A stretch of 50,463 bases of DNA, taken from positions 1 to 50,463 of the forward strand of contig JAEOSZ010000131.1 of NCBI GenBank assembly GCA_016840095.1. Reading direction: 5' to 3'. Within the stretch, counting starts at the first letter, position 1, and the number at the start of each line of letters is the position of its first letter. The notes beneath the pieces are model-generated. The model was given only the letters and a program-made list of their open reading frames with translations. It ran no database searches and was not told the origin of the DNA. The translations under genes were made by a program, and so were the position numbers. Origin of the DNA: Candidatus Heimdallarchaeota archaeon (GTDB lineage Archaea; Asgardarchaeota; Heimdallarchaeia; Heimdallarchaeales; Heimdallarchaeaceae). Below, piece after piece: positions 27,541 through 38,100 of this stretch.

Positions 27541-28710
27541 ATGAAAAGTAAAACAAAAATGTTTGCAGTCTCTGGAGTACTCTTTTTAGCTATTGTTTTA
27601 GCAAGTTCTGCAGGTTTTGCTAATATATTCTTAGATCCAGGTGGTCCAGGTGGAGGTGGTGATCCTCTTGAATATTACACTGGAGTTGTTAAGGATCAGT
27701 TTAACAGAGCAGTTGACAATGCTTTAGTTCAACTTCTAGAAGATGGTGTTGTTGTTGATTCTGATAGAACTGATTCAGTAGGATACTATATGATAAATTA
27801 TCAAACTAGTATTTTTAAGACATATAAACTGAGAGTTTCAAAAACAGGTTATGACACTAAAACTGTTTTTGTATTTCCTGTAACTACAACCAAAAATATC
27901 TCTATAATGTATAGAATCTGTACTGATATTAGAGGTCACGTATATTACAATGATAATGGAGAATTATTTGCTTTAGAAGATGCTTTTGTACTCTTGTATG
28001 ACGAGAATTGCTATGAACTTATTGGAAATGACACTACAAATATGATGGGTTCTTACAGCTTCTACTTACTTAACTATTATGACGTTACTTATAGAATCGA
28101 TGTTCAATGTGAAGGATATACAATAAGATCAGAGTATATCTATATTGGAGATACCAGTGACACAATTATCCGTGATCTAGTAACAGAGATTGATGCTCCT
28201 GTTTTTTCAGGTTATTATCAAGGTAGAATGGACTTCGATCCTAATATCTATACATCTTACCTTGATGTTGGGTTCACTTTCCATGTATATAAATCTCAGA
28301 AAGTAGAATTTAGCACATCATATTGTTACTTTGATCCTCAGGAAAATATGCGTTTTTGGGCTTTATCTTTATCAGTTAAGCCATCAGATGCTGCATACTT
28401 CTTTACTTATTACGTGATGCCAACTGAAGAACAAGAAGCAGACGATAAATGGATTTGCTCAGGAATAGCATCTCTATATGGAGCTTTTGATGATCATGCA
28501 TGGTACGATGGATGTGCTTGTTTGATAATTGGTGGAGCTTTAGAATTTACATATGGTATATCCAGATGGTATGGCAAATTTGAGCTTGCAGTACACTGTG
28601 ATGATGATGCACTTACTGGTAGTTCAGAGGTTATCTTTACTAACAATTTAGTCAGTCTAATTGATATTCCTTTTCCACCACCAGATCATCCAGATACAGG
28701 TGGTATGTAA
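27541..28710 (+). CDS. Secreted protein with DPG-Gly motif and two carboxypeptidase-regulatory-like (transthyretin-fold) repeats
   Basis: Signal ending AGFA; LDPGGPGGGGDPL; G.V.D....V..A.V.L...T...G.Y...Y.L.V...GY pattern twice. Start probably ATG 27541 after GGTGA. Confidence 0.65.
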   Translation: MKSKTKMFAVSGVLFLAIVLASSAGFANIFLDPGGPGGGGDPLEYYTGVVKDQFNRAVDNALVQLLEDGVVVDSDRTDSVGYYMINYQTSIFKTYKLRVSKTGYDTKTVFVFPVTTTKNISIMYRICTDIRGHVYYNDNGELFALEDAFVLLYDENCYELIGNDTTNMMGSYSFYLLNYYDVTYRIDVQCEGYTIRSEYIYIGDTSDTIIRDLVTEIDAPVFSGYYQGRMDFDPNIYTSYLDVGFTFHVYKSQKVEFSTSYCYFDPQENMRFWALSLSVKPSDAAYFFTYYVMPTEEQEADDKWICSGIASLYGAFDDHAWYDGCACLIIGGALEFTYGISRWYGKFELAVHCDDDALTGSSEVIFTNNLVSLIDIPFPPPDHPDTGGM

Positions 28711-28786
28711 TAGAGGTTTTTGATAAAACTTCTTTCTTCTTTTTTTCTTACTGAAATTTTAGAATATTACAAACAGATTATAAAAC

Positions 28787-29719
28787 TTGATAACTATTAT
28801 AAGTGTCTCAACAAAAATGCTTGCCATGACAGACTATACAATCAAACCTTATAATGAGTCATATATTGAAAAACAAGTTGAAATTGGAACCCATTTTGCA
28901 AACAAATGGATAGCTTATGGTCAGTCTTCAGTTGAACAGGTAAAAGAAAGATATGCAAGAGATGATTTTGATCCAGATACAAGATTATATTGCTTCAGAG
29001 GAGAGGAGATGGTTGGTTATATTGGAGCTAATGTAGTTGAAGTTGAAGAAGAAAAAGTCAAAAGAGCTCAATCTCGCTTAGCATTTGTTCTTCCTGGGCA
29101 TGAAGGAGCTTTTGATTTGCTTTTCGATCAATTACAAAGTGTTTTGAAAGATAAAGGTGTTGATGAGATTGAAACCCCTCAAACTGAACTAAATGACAAT
29201 TATTATGAACTTGCGGAGAAATTAGGCTTTTCTAAAACAAGAACAGTTACTGATATATTCTTCTGTGATACATCTAAAATTCAACCTTTCGAAAGCGATT
29301 ACACTTTAGTAGATTACAATCACGAAACTGATGCTGAACAAGTAGCAAAGCAGCTTGGTGAAACCTATCCTAATCTTGCTGGAGACAATTTAACTAATTA
29401 TGTTAATAGAATAGCTGAAAATGAAAATCTTCTAGGTTACAAAGTTATCAAAGAAGGTGATGAGATTTTAGCTTATGGAGCTGCTACTGCAACACAGAAT
29501 GAAGGCTATGCTCAAATTTCCTTACTAATAGGTAAGAATTCTGAGCTGAAAAAACCTATAATTGCTGGGTTAGTGTCAAAAATCAAGGAAGATGGTTTTA
29601 AGCAAGTAGTAGTATATCTTAATCCACAAACTCCAGTAGAGAAAGAGGAAATGGAAGATTTCAAAGCTGTAGGTTTTGAGAAAACTGCCTCTTATGATAT
29701 TCTAACAAAGAAATTATAG
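28787..29719 (+). CDS. Tandem GNAT-fold protein (putative)
   Basis: Two halves ending KLGF.K and KAVGFEK; MVGYIG strand; true start likely a few codons downstream. Confidence 0.6.
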   Translation: MITIISVSTKMLAMTDYTIKPYNESYIEKQVEIGTHFANKWIAYGQSSVEQVKERYARDDFDPDTRLYCFRGEEMVGYIGANVVEVEEEKVKRAQSRLAFVLPGHEGAFDLLFDQLQSVLKDKGVDEIETPQTELNDNYYELAEKLGFSKTRTVTDIFFCDTSKIQPFESDYTLVDYNHETDAEQVAKQLGETYPNLAGDNLTNYVNRIAENENLLGYKVIKEGDEILAYGAATATQNEGYAQISLLIGKNSELKKPIIAGLVSKIKEDGFKQVVVYLNPQTPVEKEEMEDFKAVGFEKTASYDILTKKL

Positions 29720-30211
29720 TTTGTTTTTTACTATTTTCTCTTTTTCACTTTTTATTGCTATTCTCCATAAAAGTATAATTGTTATACATAGTACGCCAGA
29801 AACTAGAGCTATGAATCCCCAACCTATAACTGCTAATCCTGAATACCAAACAGTAGCACCTATAATAGTTACTACTATCATTGAAATAGATATCAATCCA
29901 GTTGGAATAATGAAATAGAGATATTTAATCGTTTTACTTAGTTTGCTAGTTATAATCCAAATGCTCAATGTAATATAACAAATGATACCTACTATTATTG
30001 CTATGTTACTCCAGAAATAGATAGGAGCTGTTGTCCAAATTGTTTCAAGCAGTATTATAAATACAATTGAAAGCAACAGCAAGAGACCTGAAGGAATTAG
30101 AATAAATGCAAATTTTACCTTCTTTTCAAGAGATTTGATGAAATTGAAATCTTCTACTAATGTATCAAAGCATTTTCTTAAGAAACCCCTCTGACTTATT
30201 TTCTCATTCAT
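29714..30211 (-). CDS. Small 4-TM membrane protein with internal duplication
   Basis: K..F.IP.GL...S.V..I...T.W unit occurs twice. Confidence 0.7.
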   Translation of the reverse strand: MNEKISQRGFLRKCFDTLVEDFNFIKSLEKKVKFAFILIPSGLLLLLSIVFIILLETIWTTAPIYFWSNIAIIVGIICYITLSIWIITSKLSKTIKYLYFIIPTGLISISMIVVTIIGATVWYSGLAVIGWGFIALVSGVLCITIILLWRIAIKSEKEKIVKNKL

Positions 30212-30354
30212 TCAAACACTTCCCAAATACAAAGTACGATTTGATTTAGTTTTAAATATTGTGTCACTTATTCAATTCTCTTTTATTCTTAATTGTTTTT
30301 TTTGCACGATACGACATATTATATTTGTGTAATCAATTATCTTAATAGAATATA

Positions 30355-31464
30355 ATGAAAAGAGTATTTTACTTTGTTTCCATCGCTATTTTATTACTAG
30401 GATCATCAATTGTTTTGATTTTCACAATCCCTTCAACTAACTCTTTGAAAACTATGATTATCACATCAGACGATGATTTAAGAAAATTAAAACTACCAGG
30501 AACTGGTGAAATTTCTGATCCATATATAATTGAAAACAATGAATTTGGTCTAAAAAATACTAATGTTCAAGAGTTTATATCGCTTCTTTCAATCTCCGGA
30601 ACTACTAAACATATCACTATACGTGATAACAGCTTCATTGGGGGATTTATAGGGATTCAAATTGCTTCTGTAAACAAAGGATCAATAATAATCGATAACA
30701 ACTATTTTGAATATGGTGAAATTTGCATAGATGGTTACTGTATTACTTCTTATTATGCTATGAAAGTTTCTCAGTCTTCCAATGTTGTCATTAAAGAAAA
30801 TACTTTCAAAGAGAGTGATTATGTAGGCTACATTTATGGGGTATTCTTTGAAGAAAGCTACAACATCATTATTCGAGATAATCTGATCAGTTCCTTTTAT
30901 GGTATCTATGGTTTGTACTCAAACAGTTTTGTAATTACTAAAAACACATACATAGAAACAGTTGATGTATATTTTGAATACTGTTCCTACTTCAATATAA
31001 CTCAGAATACACACGACTATTTGTTTAGGTTTAAAGTCGTAAATTCTGTGTCTGTTGAAATTGCACAGAATAGAATTATTGGTTATAATATAAGTTTTGG
31101 ATTTTTAATAATAGATAGTTCATATGTAGTTTTAAGAGATAACGTTTTCTTCAAGAATATTGTTGGAATAAGAATGACTGGAAGTTCTTACTCAAAAATT
31201 ATTAGGAATTCATTCAAATTTGGTTTTAGTCGTGCAATAGAATTAGGATATGATACTTATAGTAATTTGATTTTCGATAACCACTTCTTTTATAATAATC
31301 TTGCAGCAAACCCACCATTACAGGCATATGATTCAGGAAACTCAAATACTTGGTATGATTCAGGAAACCACAATGGAAATTTCTGGACAAACTTAGGTTC
31401 AAATTCTTCTTATTCTATAGAAGGCTCTGCTGAATCTTCTGATATTTACCCTGAAACAATTTAG
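30355..31464 (+). CDS. Secreted right-handed parallel beta-helix (NosD/CASH-like) protein
   Basis: N-terminal TM/signal; GTGEISDPYIIEN; repeated I.I.DN; AYDSG..N.W...GNFW, D.YP end. Confidence 0.85.
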   Translation: MKRVFYFVSIAILLLGSSIVLIFTIPSTNSLKTMIITSDDDLRKLKLPGTGEISDPYIIENNEFGLKNTNVQEFISLLSISGTTKHITIRDNSFIGGFIGIQIASVNKGSIIIDNNYFEYGEICIDGYCITSYYAMKVSQSSNVVIKENTFKESDYVGYIYGVFFEESYNIIIRDNLISSFYGIYGLYSNSFVITKNTYIETVDVYFEYCSYFNITQNTHDYLFRFKVVNSVSVEIAQNRIIGYNISFGFLIIDSSYVVLRDNVFFKNIVGIRMTGSSYSKIIRNSFKFGFSRAIELGYDTYSNLIFDNHFFYNNLAANPPLQAYDSGNSNTWYDSGNHNGNFWTNLGSNSSYSIEGSAESSDIYPETI

Positions 31465-31527
31465 GAAAGAACATAATCCAGAAAAATCACAGCAAAATTT
31501 ATTTCTTAAGAAAGTATATTAGTCTCA

Positions 31528-32832
31528 ATGCTGTCAAAATCAAGATTTTGGTTCTTTATTACAAGTGTTATTCTAATCTCGAGTGTGTTTTTGTCTAATT
31601 CTCAAATCACAATAGTGAGTTCTAATGAAGGTCAAGTAGTCTTCCCCGAGTTAAACAGTATAAATGCTACATCTTCAACAGAATATTTCAATGAAACAAG
31701 TTTTCCACGCTATTCACTTGTAGGTAAACCACTGACAATAATACAATCGCCCCATAAAGGATTTCCGACTATTATTGAAACTGGTGAAACTTTATTTATA
31801 GAAACCCTAGCAGATTCAGACACAACTAACTGGGAGTTTAAATTAGTTTCATCTACTAATAATATAACTGTTGACATTATTGTACCTATATTTGATATCT
31901 CTACCAATCTCTGGCAATTTCAAACTGAACCTGAAGATTATGTCCCCGGATTGTATGACCTTCAAGTAAACTGTAGTGTAGGAGATGATTATCAAACCCA
32001 TTCAGTAAAAATCGTTGACCAGAAAACTTATCCTTTCAATATTCTCCATATCTCTGATGCACATTTTCCCTCATATGATGGTAAAAATACAACTGCAATA
32101 GATTTGGAATATATCGATTATATAAATACACTTGATGTAGATTTTGCAGTCTTTACCGGTGATCTTATCGAAGGGGGTCCTGCAACAGATTTTGTAAATC
32201 CAGAAACCGGATTACCTCTTGCAGCTGAAGTTCAGATAAAACTAGGATTATGGGCTTTTGATTTGATAGATTTACCAATATATTACATAGGAGGAAATCA
32301 TGATCTAGATACCTCTCCATTGCTCCCTGATATTCCATCTGAAGTTTGGGTAGAGTATTTTGGAAAAAACTATATGCAATTTGATTACCTTAACTGGTCT
32401 TTCATTGGATACTCTTGCACTAGAGATGGTTTATCGACAGAAGATTTCAACAAAGTAAATTCTCTTCTTTCTACCGAAAAGGATAAACCTAATGTGTTGT
32501 TTTATCATTCAGACTATCAAAATCATGCTACAAGCTTTAGATCAAACTTCAAAATTGAAATTATGCTTTATGGTCATGAACATCACGAAGAAACATATGT
32601 TACTTCTTCTACTCTCTATCATTGTGAAGCTCCTATGTTTGACAATGAGTCTTCAGTGATAACTATACTGAATAGAACAAGTGCATCACTTGAAGGAATA
32701 GAATATGATTTCAGTTCACTACTACAAACTCCAACAACGAAATCAAGTTTTTCGGTTTTCTTAATATTGACTTTAGCTCCAATGTTACTAACGGCTAAAA
32801 TACTGAAGAAAAGAAAAGCTAAAAGGATATAG
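31528..32832 (+). CDS. Membrane-anchored extracellular metallophosphoesterase (calcineurin-like)
   Basis: SDAH, GDL, GNHD, FYH, GHEH; signal peptide; C-terminal T/S linker + TM + KKRK tail. Confidence 0.88.
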   Translation: MLSKSRFWFFITSVILISSVFLSNSQITIVSSNEGQVVFPELNSINATSSTEYFNETSFPRYSLVGKPLTIIQSPHKGFPTIIETGETLFIETLADSDTTNWEFKLVSSTNNITVDIIVPIFDISTNLWQFQTEPEDYVPGLYDLQVNCSVGDDYQTHSVKIVDQKTYPFNILHISDAHFPSYDGKNTTAIDLEYIDYINTLDVDFAVFTGDLIEGGPATDFVNPETGLPLAAEVQIKLGLWAFDLIDLPIYYIGGNHDLDTSPLLPDIPSEVWVEYFGKNYMQFDYLNWSFIGYSCTRDGLSTEDFNKVNSLLSTEKDKPNVLFYHSDYQNHATSFRSNFKIEIMLYGHEHHEETYVTSSTLYHCEAPMFDNESSVITILNRTSASLEGIEYDFSSLLQTPTTKSSFSVFLILTLAPMLLTAKILKKRKAKRI

Positions 32833-32841
32833 TTATTTTCA

Positions 32842-33732
32842 CTATATCCATATTAATTTTCCAAGAATTATAGCTGTGCAAATTAGAGCACCTTGACCCA
32901 TCATATACACCATAGTTATCCTTAAACAAAATTTTGGTGATGCTTTGAAGAAGAACAAACCAGTTATGATTAAACCAGTAACAAGGTAGACTATTTCTAG
33001 ATAAAGATAAATTGCACTTAGTTCTCCTGTCCAATAAACCCCCAAGCTTAAAGCGTATGCTATTAATAAGCTAACAACTGTTATGTAAACAGTTCTTCTT
33101 ATTCCGTACTTCTTTGGAAAAGTCTTAACAGGAGTTTCTTGATCTTGTGGAAAATCTCTTATGTCTGTAACACCTTTCCCTCCAAACATAGCAAAGAAGA
33201 ACATTATTGCTAAAATAATCACTGCTGGAGTTATTGTTCCAGTTGTAGCACCCATGAAGAAGTACAATAGTTGTAAACCTCCTAAGGTTACTCCTCTTGC
33301 CATAGGATTTTCAAACCAATGAAAAGCTAAACCAACAATAATAATTACTATCACTCCCCAAACTATCAATCCCCATAGACTAGTGAAAATTGTTATTATT
33401 AGACTTGCAATCATAAAAGTAAGTGAGAAAGCTATTCCAATAGGTAAGGGAATCATCTCCCTTGCTATAGGATTTCTTCTGATCTTTGCACGAGGAGCTA
33501 ATTTATCTAATTCTCTATCAGCACAGAAATCAAGTGAAAAACCAGATACAGCTAAACACCAACCTGCAAAGGTTATCCAAAGAATATCTTGCCAAACTGC
33601 TCCTGCTAGAACAGCTGCTGTTGCCGTAATTGCAGTAACCATTATAGTTCTTTCAAGTCTGAACAGATAAATTATTGCTAAGAATTTTTCTTTGAAAACC
33701 AACTTCTCCACTTCTAAGAAAATTAACAGCAT
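32842..33732 (-). CDS. UbiA-family prenyltransferase
   Basis: LFRL, DFCADRELD...RNP, DIRDFPQD...T.P..YG; about 8 TMs. Confidence 0.85.
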   Translation of the reverse strand: MLLIFLEVEKLVFKEKFLAIIYLFRLERTIMVTAITATAAVLAGAVWQDILWITFAGWCLAVSGFSLDFCADRELDKLAPRAKIRRNPIAREMIPLPIGIAFSLTFMIASLIITIFTSLWGLIVWGVIVIIIVGLAFHWFENPMARGVTLGGLQLLYFFMGATTGTITPAVIILAIMFFFAMFGGKGVTDIRDFPQDQETPVKTFPKKYGIRRTVYITVVSLLIAYALSLGVYWTGELSAIYLYLEIVYLVTGLIITGLFFFKASPKFCLRITMVYMMGQGALICTAIILGKLIWI

Positions 33733-33787
33733 ATTTTTAACTTTATCCTACATCTTGCAAATCATAGACTAGTTTTGATGAAGAAAC

Positions 33788-34015
33788 ATGCCAAAAAGAG
33801 AATTAACTCCAGAAAGAGAAAAAAGAAGACAAGATTTTCAAAGTGAGAATGCACCTGAGTCAAGTTCACCTCCATCTGAAGATGCTCCTGAGCAAGATGT
33901 TAATCCTGAAACAGAGAGGGATGCTTTGGAAACAGAAGGTGAAACAACAGAAATAATATCTGAACCTACATCTGTACCACTTAAACGTAGGAAAAAAAGG
34001 AGACAAAAGAGATAG
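33788..34015 (+). CDS. Small intrinsically disordered acidic protein with a basic C-terminal tail
   Basis: E/S/P/T-rich core; ends PLKRRKKRRQKR. Confidence 0.6.
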   Translation: MPKRELTPEREKRRQDFQSENAPESSSPPSEDAPEQDVNPETERDALETEGETTEIISEPTSVPLKRRKKRRQKR

Positions 34016-34138
34016 TACTATCTTATTAGAAGGAAGGAAGAATATTTTTGGCTACCCTACCTTATTAGATGATTCCTTTTCGGATTGAACCCTTTCCAAG
34101 AAGATACTACCTATATTTCGAATGGAGAGGTTTTAACC

Positions 34139-35083
34139 TCATTTCCAATGTTCATCATCTGTATAATCAGTTATCAATCCAATAGATTCAGGTCCTAGAT
34201 GTGAGAGTACAGATCCACCGCTTTGAGCTATCTCAATTTCTATTTTTGGGAATTTTTGTTTTATTAATTCAGCTAGTTCTTCTGCATAATCCCTTCTGCT
34301 TCCGTAAACAATTGTAAAAGCTTTAGGTTCAGTTGGTGCATTTTCTAAGCTAAGTTTCAAAGATTTTTTCAATCCTTTATGCACATCTTTTGCTTCACCA
34401 GCTGTTTTAACATATCCTTCTTCATTCATTGTTACGATAGGCTTTTTTCTCAATAATGAACCTAGTGCAAATTTAGCAGTACCAAATCTGCCTAATCTTC
34501 CTCCTTTCCAAAGATAGAAGATTGTTGGAAGCAAGATAATTGTTCTGATTTTTATTGCTTGTTCATTTAAAATCTCTACAATTTGATCAGCTGATTTCTT
34601 CTGTTTAATCAGGTTTAATGCCATTCTAATAAGAAAAACTTCAGGATAAGAAGCCGATTTAGCATCAATAATATGAATCTTGACTTTTGGATTTTTTCTC
34701 ATTATCTTTTTTGCAGCCAGACTTGAACTATTAATAGTTCCAGATAATCCTGCTGTAACATTGATTACAATAATGTCCTTTGCTCCTTCTTCAATAGCTT
34801 CAGTGTAAGCTACTTCAAAATCTTGAGGATTAGGTTGTGAAGTGTTCGGAACAAATGAATGCATGTTTAGTTTTGGAATGTGAACAAACGCCTTTTCATC
34901 TTCAAATACTTTATAGTAAGCATCTCTATCAAAATTCTCATCTTCCTTGAGTATTTCATCATGAACAACCATGTAAAGTGGAACAACTTTGATGTTATTT
35001 TCCCTAGCAAAATCCCAAGGAATATCCGATGCACTATCAGTAACTATACGTATTGTCATAAAATAGAACAAAAATATGGGCAT
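34139..35083 (-). CDS. DegV (FakB-like) fatty-acid-binding protein
   Basis: IVTDSASD, TSQP, LSGT, IDAKSAS, L.KGGR, KPI, HLGP; start likely at MTIRI (about 35059). Confidence 0.92.
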   Translation of the reverse strand: MPIFLFYFMTIRIVTDSASDIPWDFARENNIKVVPLYMVVHDEILKEDENFDRDAYYKVFEDEKAFVHIPKLNMHSFVPNTSQPNPQDFEVAYTEAIEEGAKDIIVINVTAGLSGTINSSSLAAKKIMRKNPKVKIHIIDAKSASYPEVFLIRMALNLIKQKKSADQIVEILNEQAIKIRTIILLPTIFYLWKGGRLGRFGTAKFALGSLLRKKPIVTMNEEGYVKTAGEAKDVHKGLKKSLKLSLENAPTEPKAFTIVYGSRRDYAEELAELIKQKFPKIEIEIAQSGGSVLSHLGPESIGLITDYTDDEHWK

Positions 35084-35141
35084 AAAAAGATACCTAAATC
35101 AATATTTTATTGAGATAAAATAAAAATGAATGGTGTTGAAA

Positions 35142-38100
35142 TTATTTTGATTCTGTAACATCTTCTTTTGGTATTAGAATCTCAAAACAAGCTTCATCTT
35201 GTTCATTAAGTAATCTTATCTTCCATCCATGAGCATCTATTAGCTTTTTCACGATTGTCAAACCATGGATTGATTCTTTCTCCTTGGTAGTAAAAGTAGA
35301 TTCAAAGGCTTCTCTCGCTATTTCTGGATCAATTTTTGTACCATTATTCGCTATGCAAATTCCTATTTCATTTTCGTGGAGTTTACTTAGAATCTCAATT
35401 TGAGTAGGTTTTCCGTGAATTACCGCATTTTCGAAGAGATTCTTGAATATTTGTGATAATTTCTCTTCATCTGCTTTTACTGCTACTAGAGGGTCATGTT
35501 TCATCTTTATGTCTTGAGGAATTGTAACTTTAGCTATTCTATCTACTAATCTATCTAGATTAACAATATCAGACTTTTCGATAACCTGTCCAGCTTCAGC
35601 TAACTCAATAGATCTGTTGAGTAATTTTCTAAGATAGTCAGTTTGATTGTTTATTTTATCCAAAACCACATCTTTTTGATTATCATTTTCTTTGAGAATA
35701 TCTGCATATCCTTCAATCGATGAGAGACTGTTTCTAATATCATGACCCATCAAATGAACAAAGTCGCTAAGTTCTTTTTTCTGCTTAGTTAGAATATTAA
35801 CCATTTTACTTCTCTCTGAGATGTCTACAACTGTTGCAAGAAAACTATTTGAATCAGGAAGATTTGTAACTGCAATCAAAATACTCCGAATTGTTCCGTT
35901 CTTTGTAATAAACCGAGTTTCGTACTGATTAGGCACACTATCAGGTTGCATCATTCTTCTTCTATTGTATTCTGTCATTAGATCTAGTTCTGGTTGTGGT
36001 ATGAATTCAGTCCATTTTCTTCCTTCTAATTCTTTTCTTGTATATCCTGATAATTCTTCCATTCTTGAATTTACTAGAGTAATACTCGCTTCAAGATCAA
36101 ATATGATGTTTGCCATTCCTGTATTTTCAAATAATGATCGATACAGAATCTCAGATTTTCTAATCTCTTCTTCTGCTTCCTTTAATTCTGTAATATCAAA
36201 AAGAGATACAACGTAATTTTCTGAAAGAGGTATTGTTGTTAAGCTAACCATAACATCTCTTATATCACCTTTCCTGTTAATAAACTGAGATTCATAATAT
36301 GCAGGGAAATTTTGTGGCTCCAATTGCCTTTTTCTACTGTATTCAACAAGTTTATCCAATTCGGATTCTGGTACAAAGTCAGTCCAATTTCGTCCAATCA
36401 GAACATCTTTTCCATATCCAGAAATCTCTTCTAGCAGAGAGTTGGTTTCTATTATTATTCTTCCTGGTCCTACTATCATATTAGCTGTTCCTTTAGCTTC
36501 GAAAACCGTCTTGTAAAGCTCTGCTGTTTTTTGAAGATTTTGTTCAGCTTGTTTTGACTCTGAGATGTCAATTATTGAGATAATAAATCTGTCAGTATCC
36601 GGTATGATACCTACATGAAGTAAACAATCTACTACATCACCTCTTTTGTTCTTAAGTTTTACCTCATAATTAGCAGGAGCACTTGATGGATCAATTATTC
36701 TCTTCGTGTTGTACTCCATTAATCTTTCAAGCTCAGATTCATGAACAAAACTATGCCAAGGCACTTTTCCCTCTATTTCTTCTCTAGTATATCCTGAAAG
36801 TTCAACCAATCTATTGTTAATTTTTTCAACTATTGCATCTTCTGCTCTAGCAATTGCATTAGCGGTTCCTGTAGCTTCAAAAAGAGTCATATACAATTTT
36901 GCTGATTCTTCTAGTTTTTTCTCTGCTTCTTTCCTTTGAGAAATATCTCTAATGATGCTCATAAAAGCTATTGGATTCTCTGCAAAATCATCAATTCTAG
37001 ATATATTTATTTCTGCAGAGAAAATAGACCCATCTTTTCTAAAGATAGAAAGCTCTTGATTTTTCATAACTCCAAGTTCAAGAACTTCCTTAGTCATTTC
37101 ATCTACCTTTTGATGATTTTCAGGAGGAATGAAATCTCTGATTGGAAAATTAAGTAACTCTTCGATATTTGAAGCTCCATATAATTTTTCAGCTTGAGAG
37201 TTTGCTAGTAGAATTTTACCATTTAAATCTGTTAAAAGAATACCATCTGGTGAGGTTTCAATTAGTCTTCTGTATCTAGTTTCACTCTTTTCTAGTTCAG
37301 CATCTTTAGTAATTGATTCAGTTATATCTCTAAAGATTCCTAGAACGTATTCTTTTCCCTTAATTGTAATCAAATTTGCATTAATACTTACTGGAATATT
37401 TTGACCATTGCAAGCTAGTACTGAGGTCTCAAAAATTTCCTCATCTCCCATAGAATGCTGTTCAAAGTTCTTTTGAGCAACCTCTTTTTGGTCATCAGGA
37501 TGTAAGTCTAGTACTTTCTTTGAAAGAACTTCTTCTCTTGGACATCCTAGAAGTAATTCTGCTTGTTCATTACAATCAACAATGTTCTGTGTATCAGGAT
37601 CAGCAACAAAAACTGCATCAGGAATTCCCTCAAATAAACTCTTAAACTTTTGTTCACTTTCTCTAAGATTCTCTTCAATCAATTTATTTTCAGTAATATC
37701 ATGTAAGCTTCCCTGAACAATGAATGGTTCTCCTTCTCCAGGTCCAATATTCTGCACATGCTGACGAATCCATCTGATTTCATCATTTTTGTTCTTAATC
37801 CTATACTCAAGCACACTGCTGAAACCTGGTGTGGATTCTAACTCATCTCTAATTGCCATTAGAATTCCCAAATCTTCCGGAAGAACTAGTTTGTCCCATG
37901 AAAGATCACCTTCAATAAAATCCTTTTCTGAATAACCAGTTATCTTTTCAACAGCTCCATGAAAGAAGAATGGCCTAAAGTCAATTGAACCTCTGAAAGC
38001 AATGCCGTCAAAATTCTGAACGAATCCTCGATACTTTTCTTCACTTTCCTTTAATGCTTTTTCAGCTTCCTTACTTTCAGTCAAATCTCTAGCTATAGCC

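Noticed and set aside
27120-27546. Shared MVKKMK N-terminus of the two divergent proteins as a peptide motif
   Set aside because: Better explained as translation through the GGTGA-A6-ATG Shine-Dalgarno context; true starts are likely the second Met (27122, 27541)
34081-34092. GGTTCAATCC (minus strand) as a tRNA T-loop
   Set aside because: One base short of GGTTCRAATCC, with no cloverleaf or acceptor stem around it
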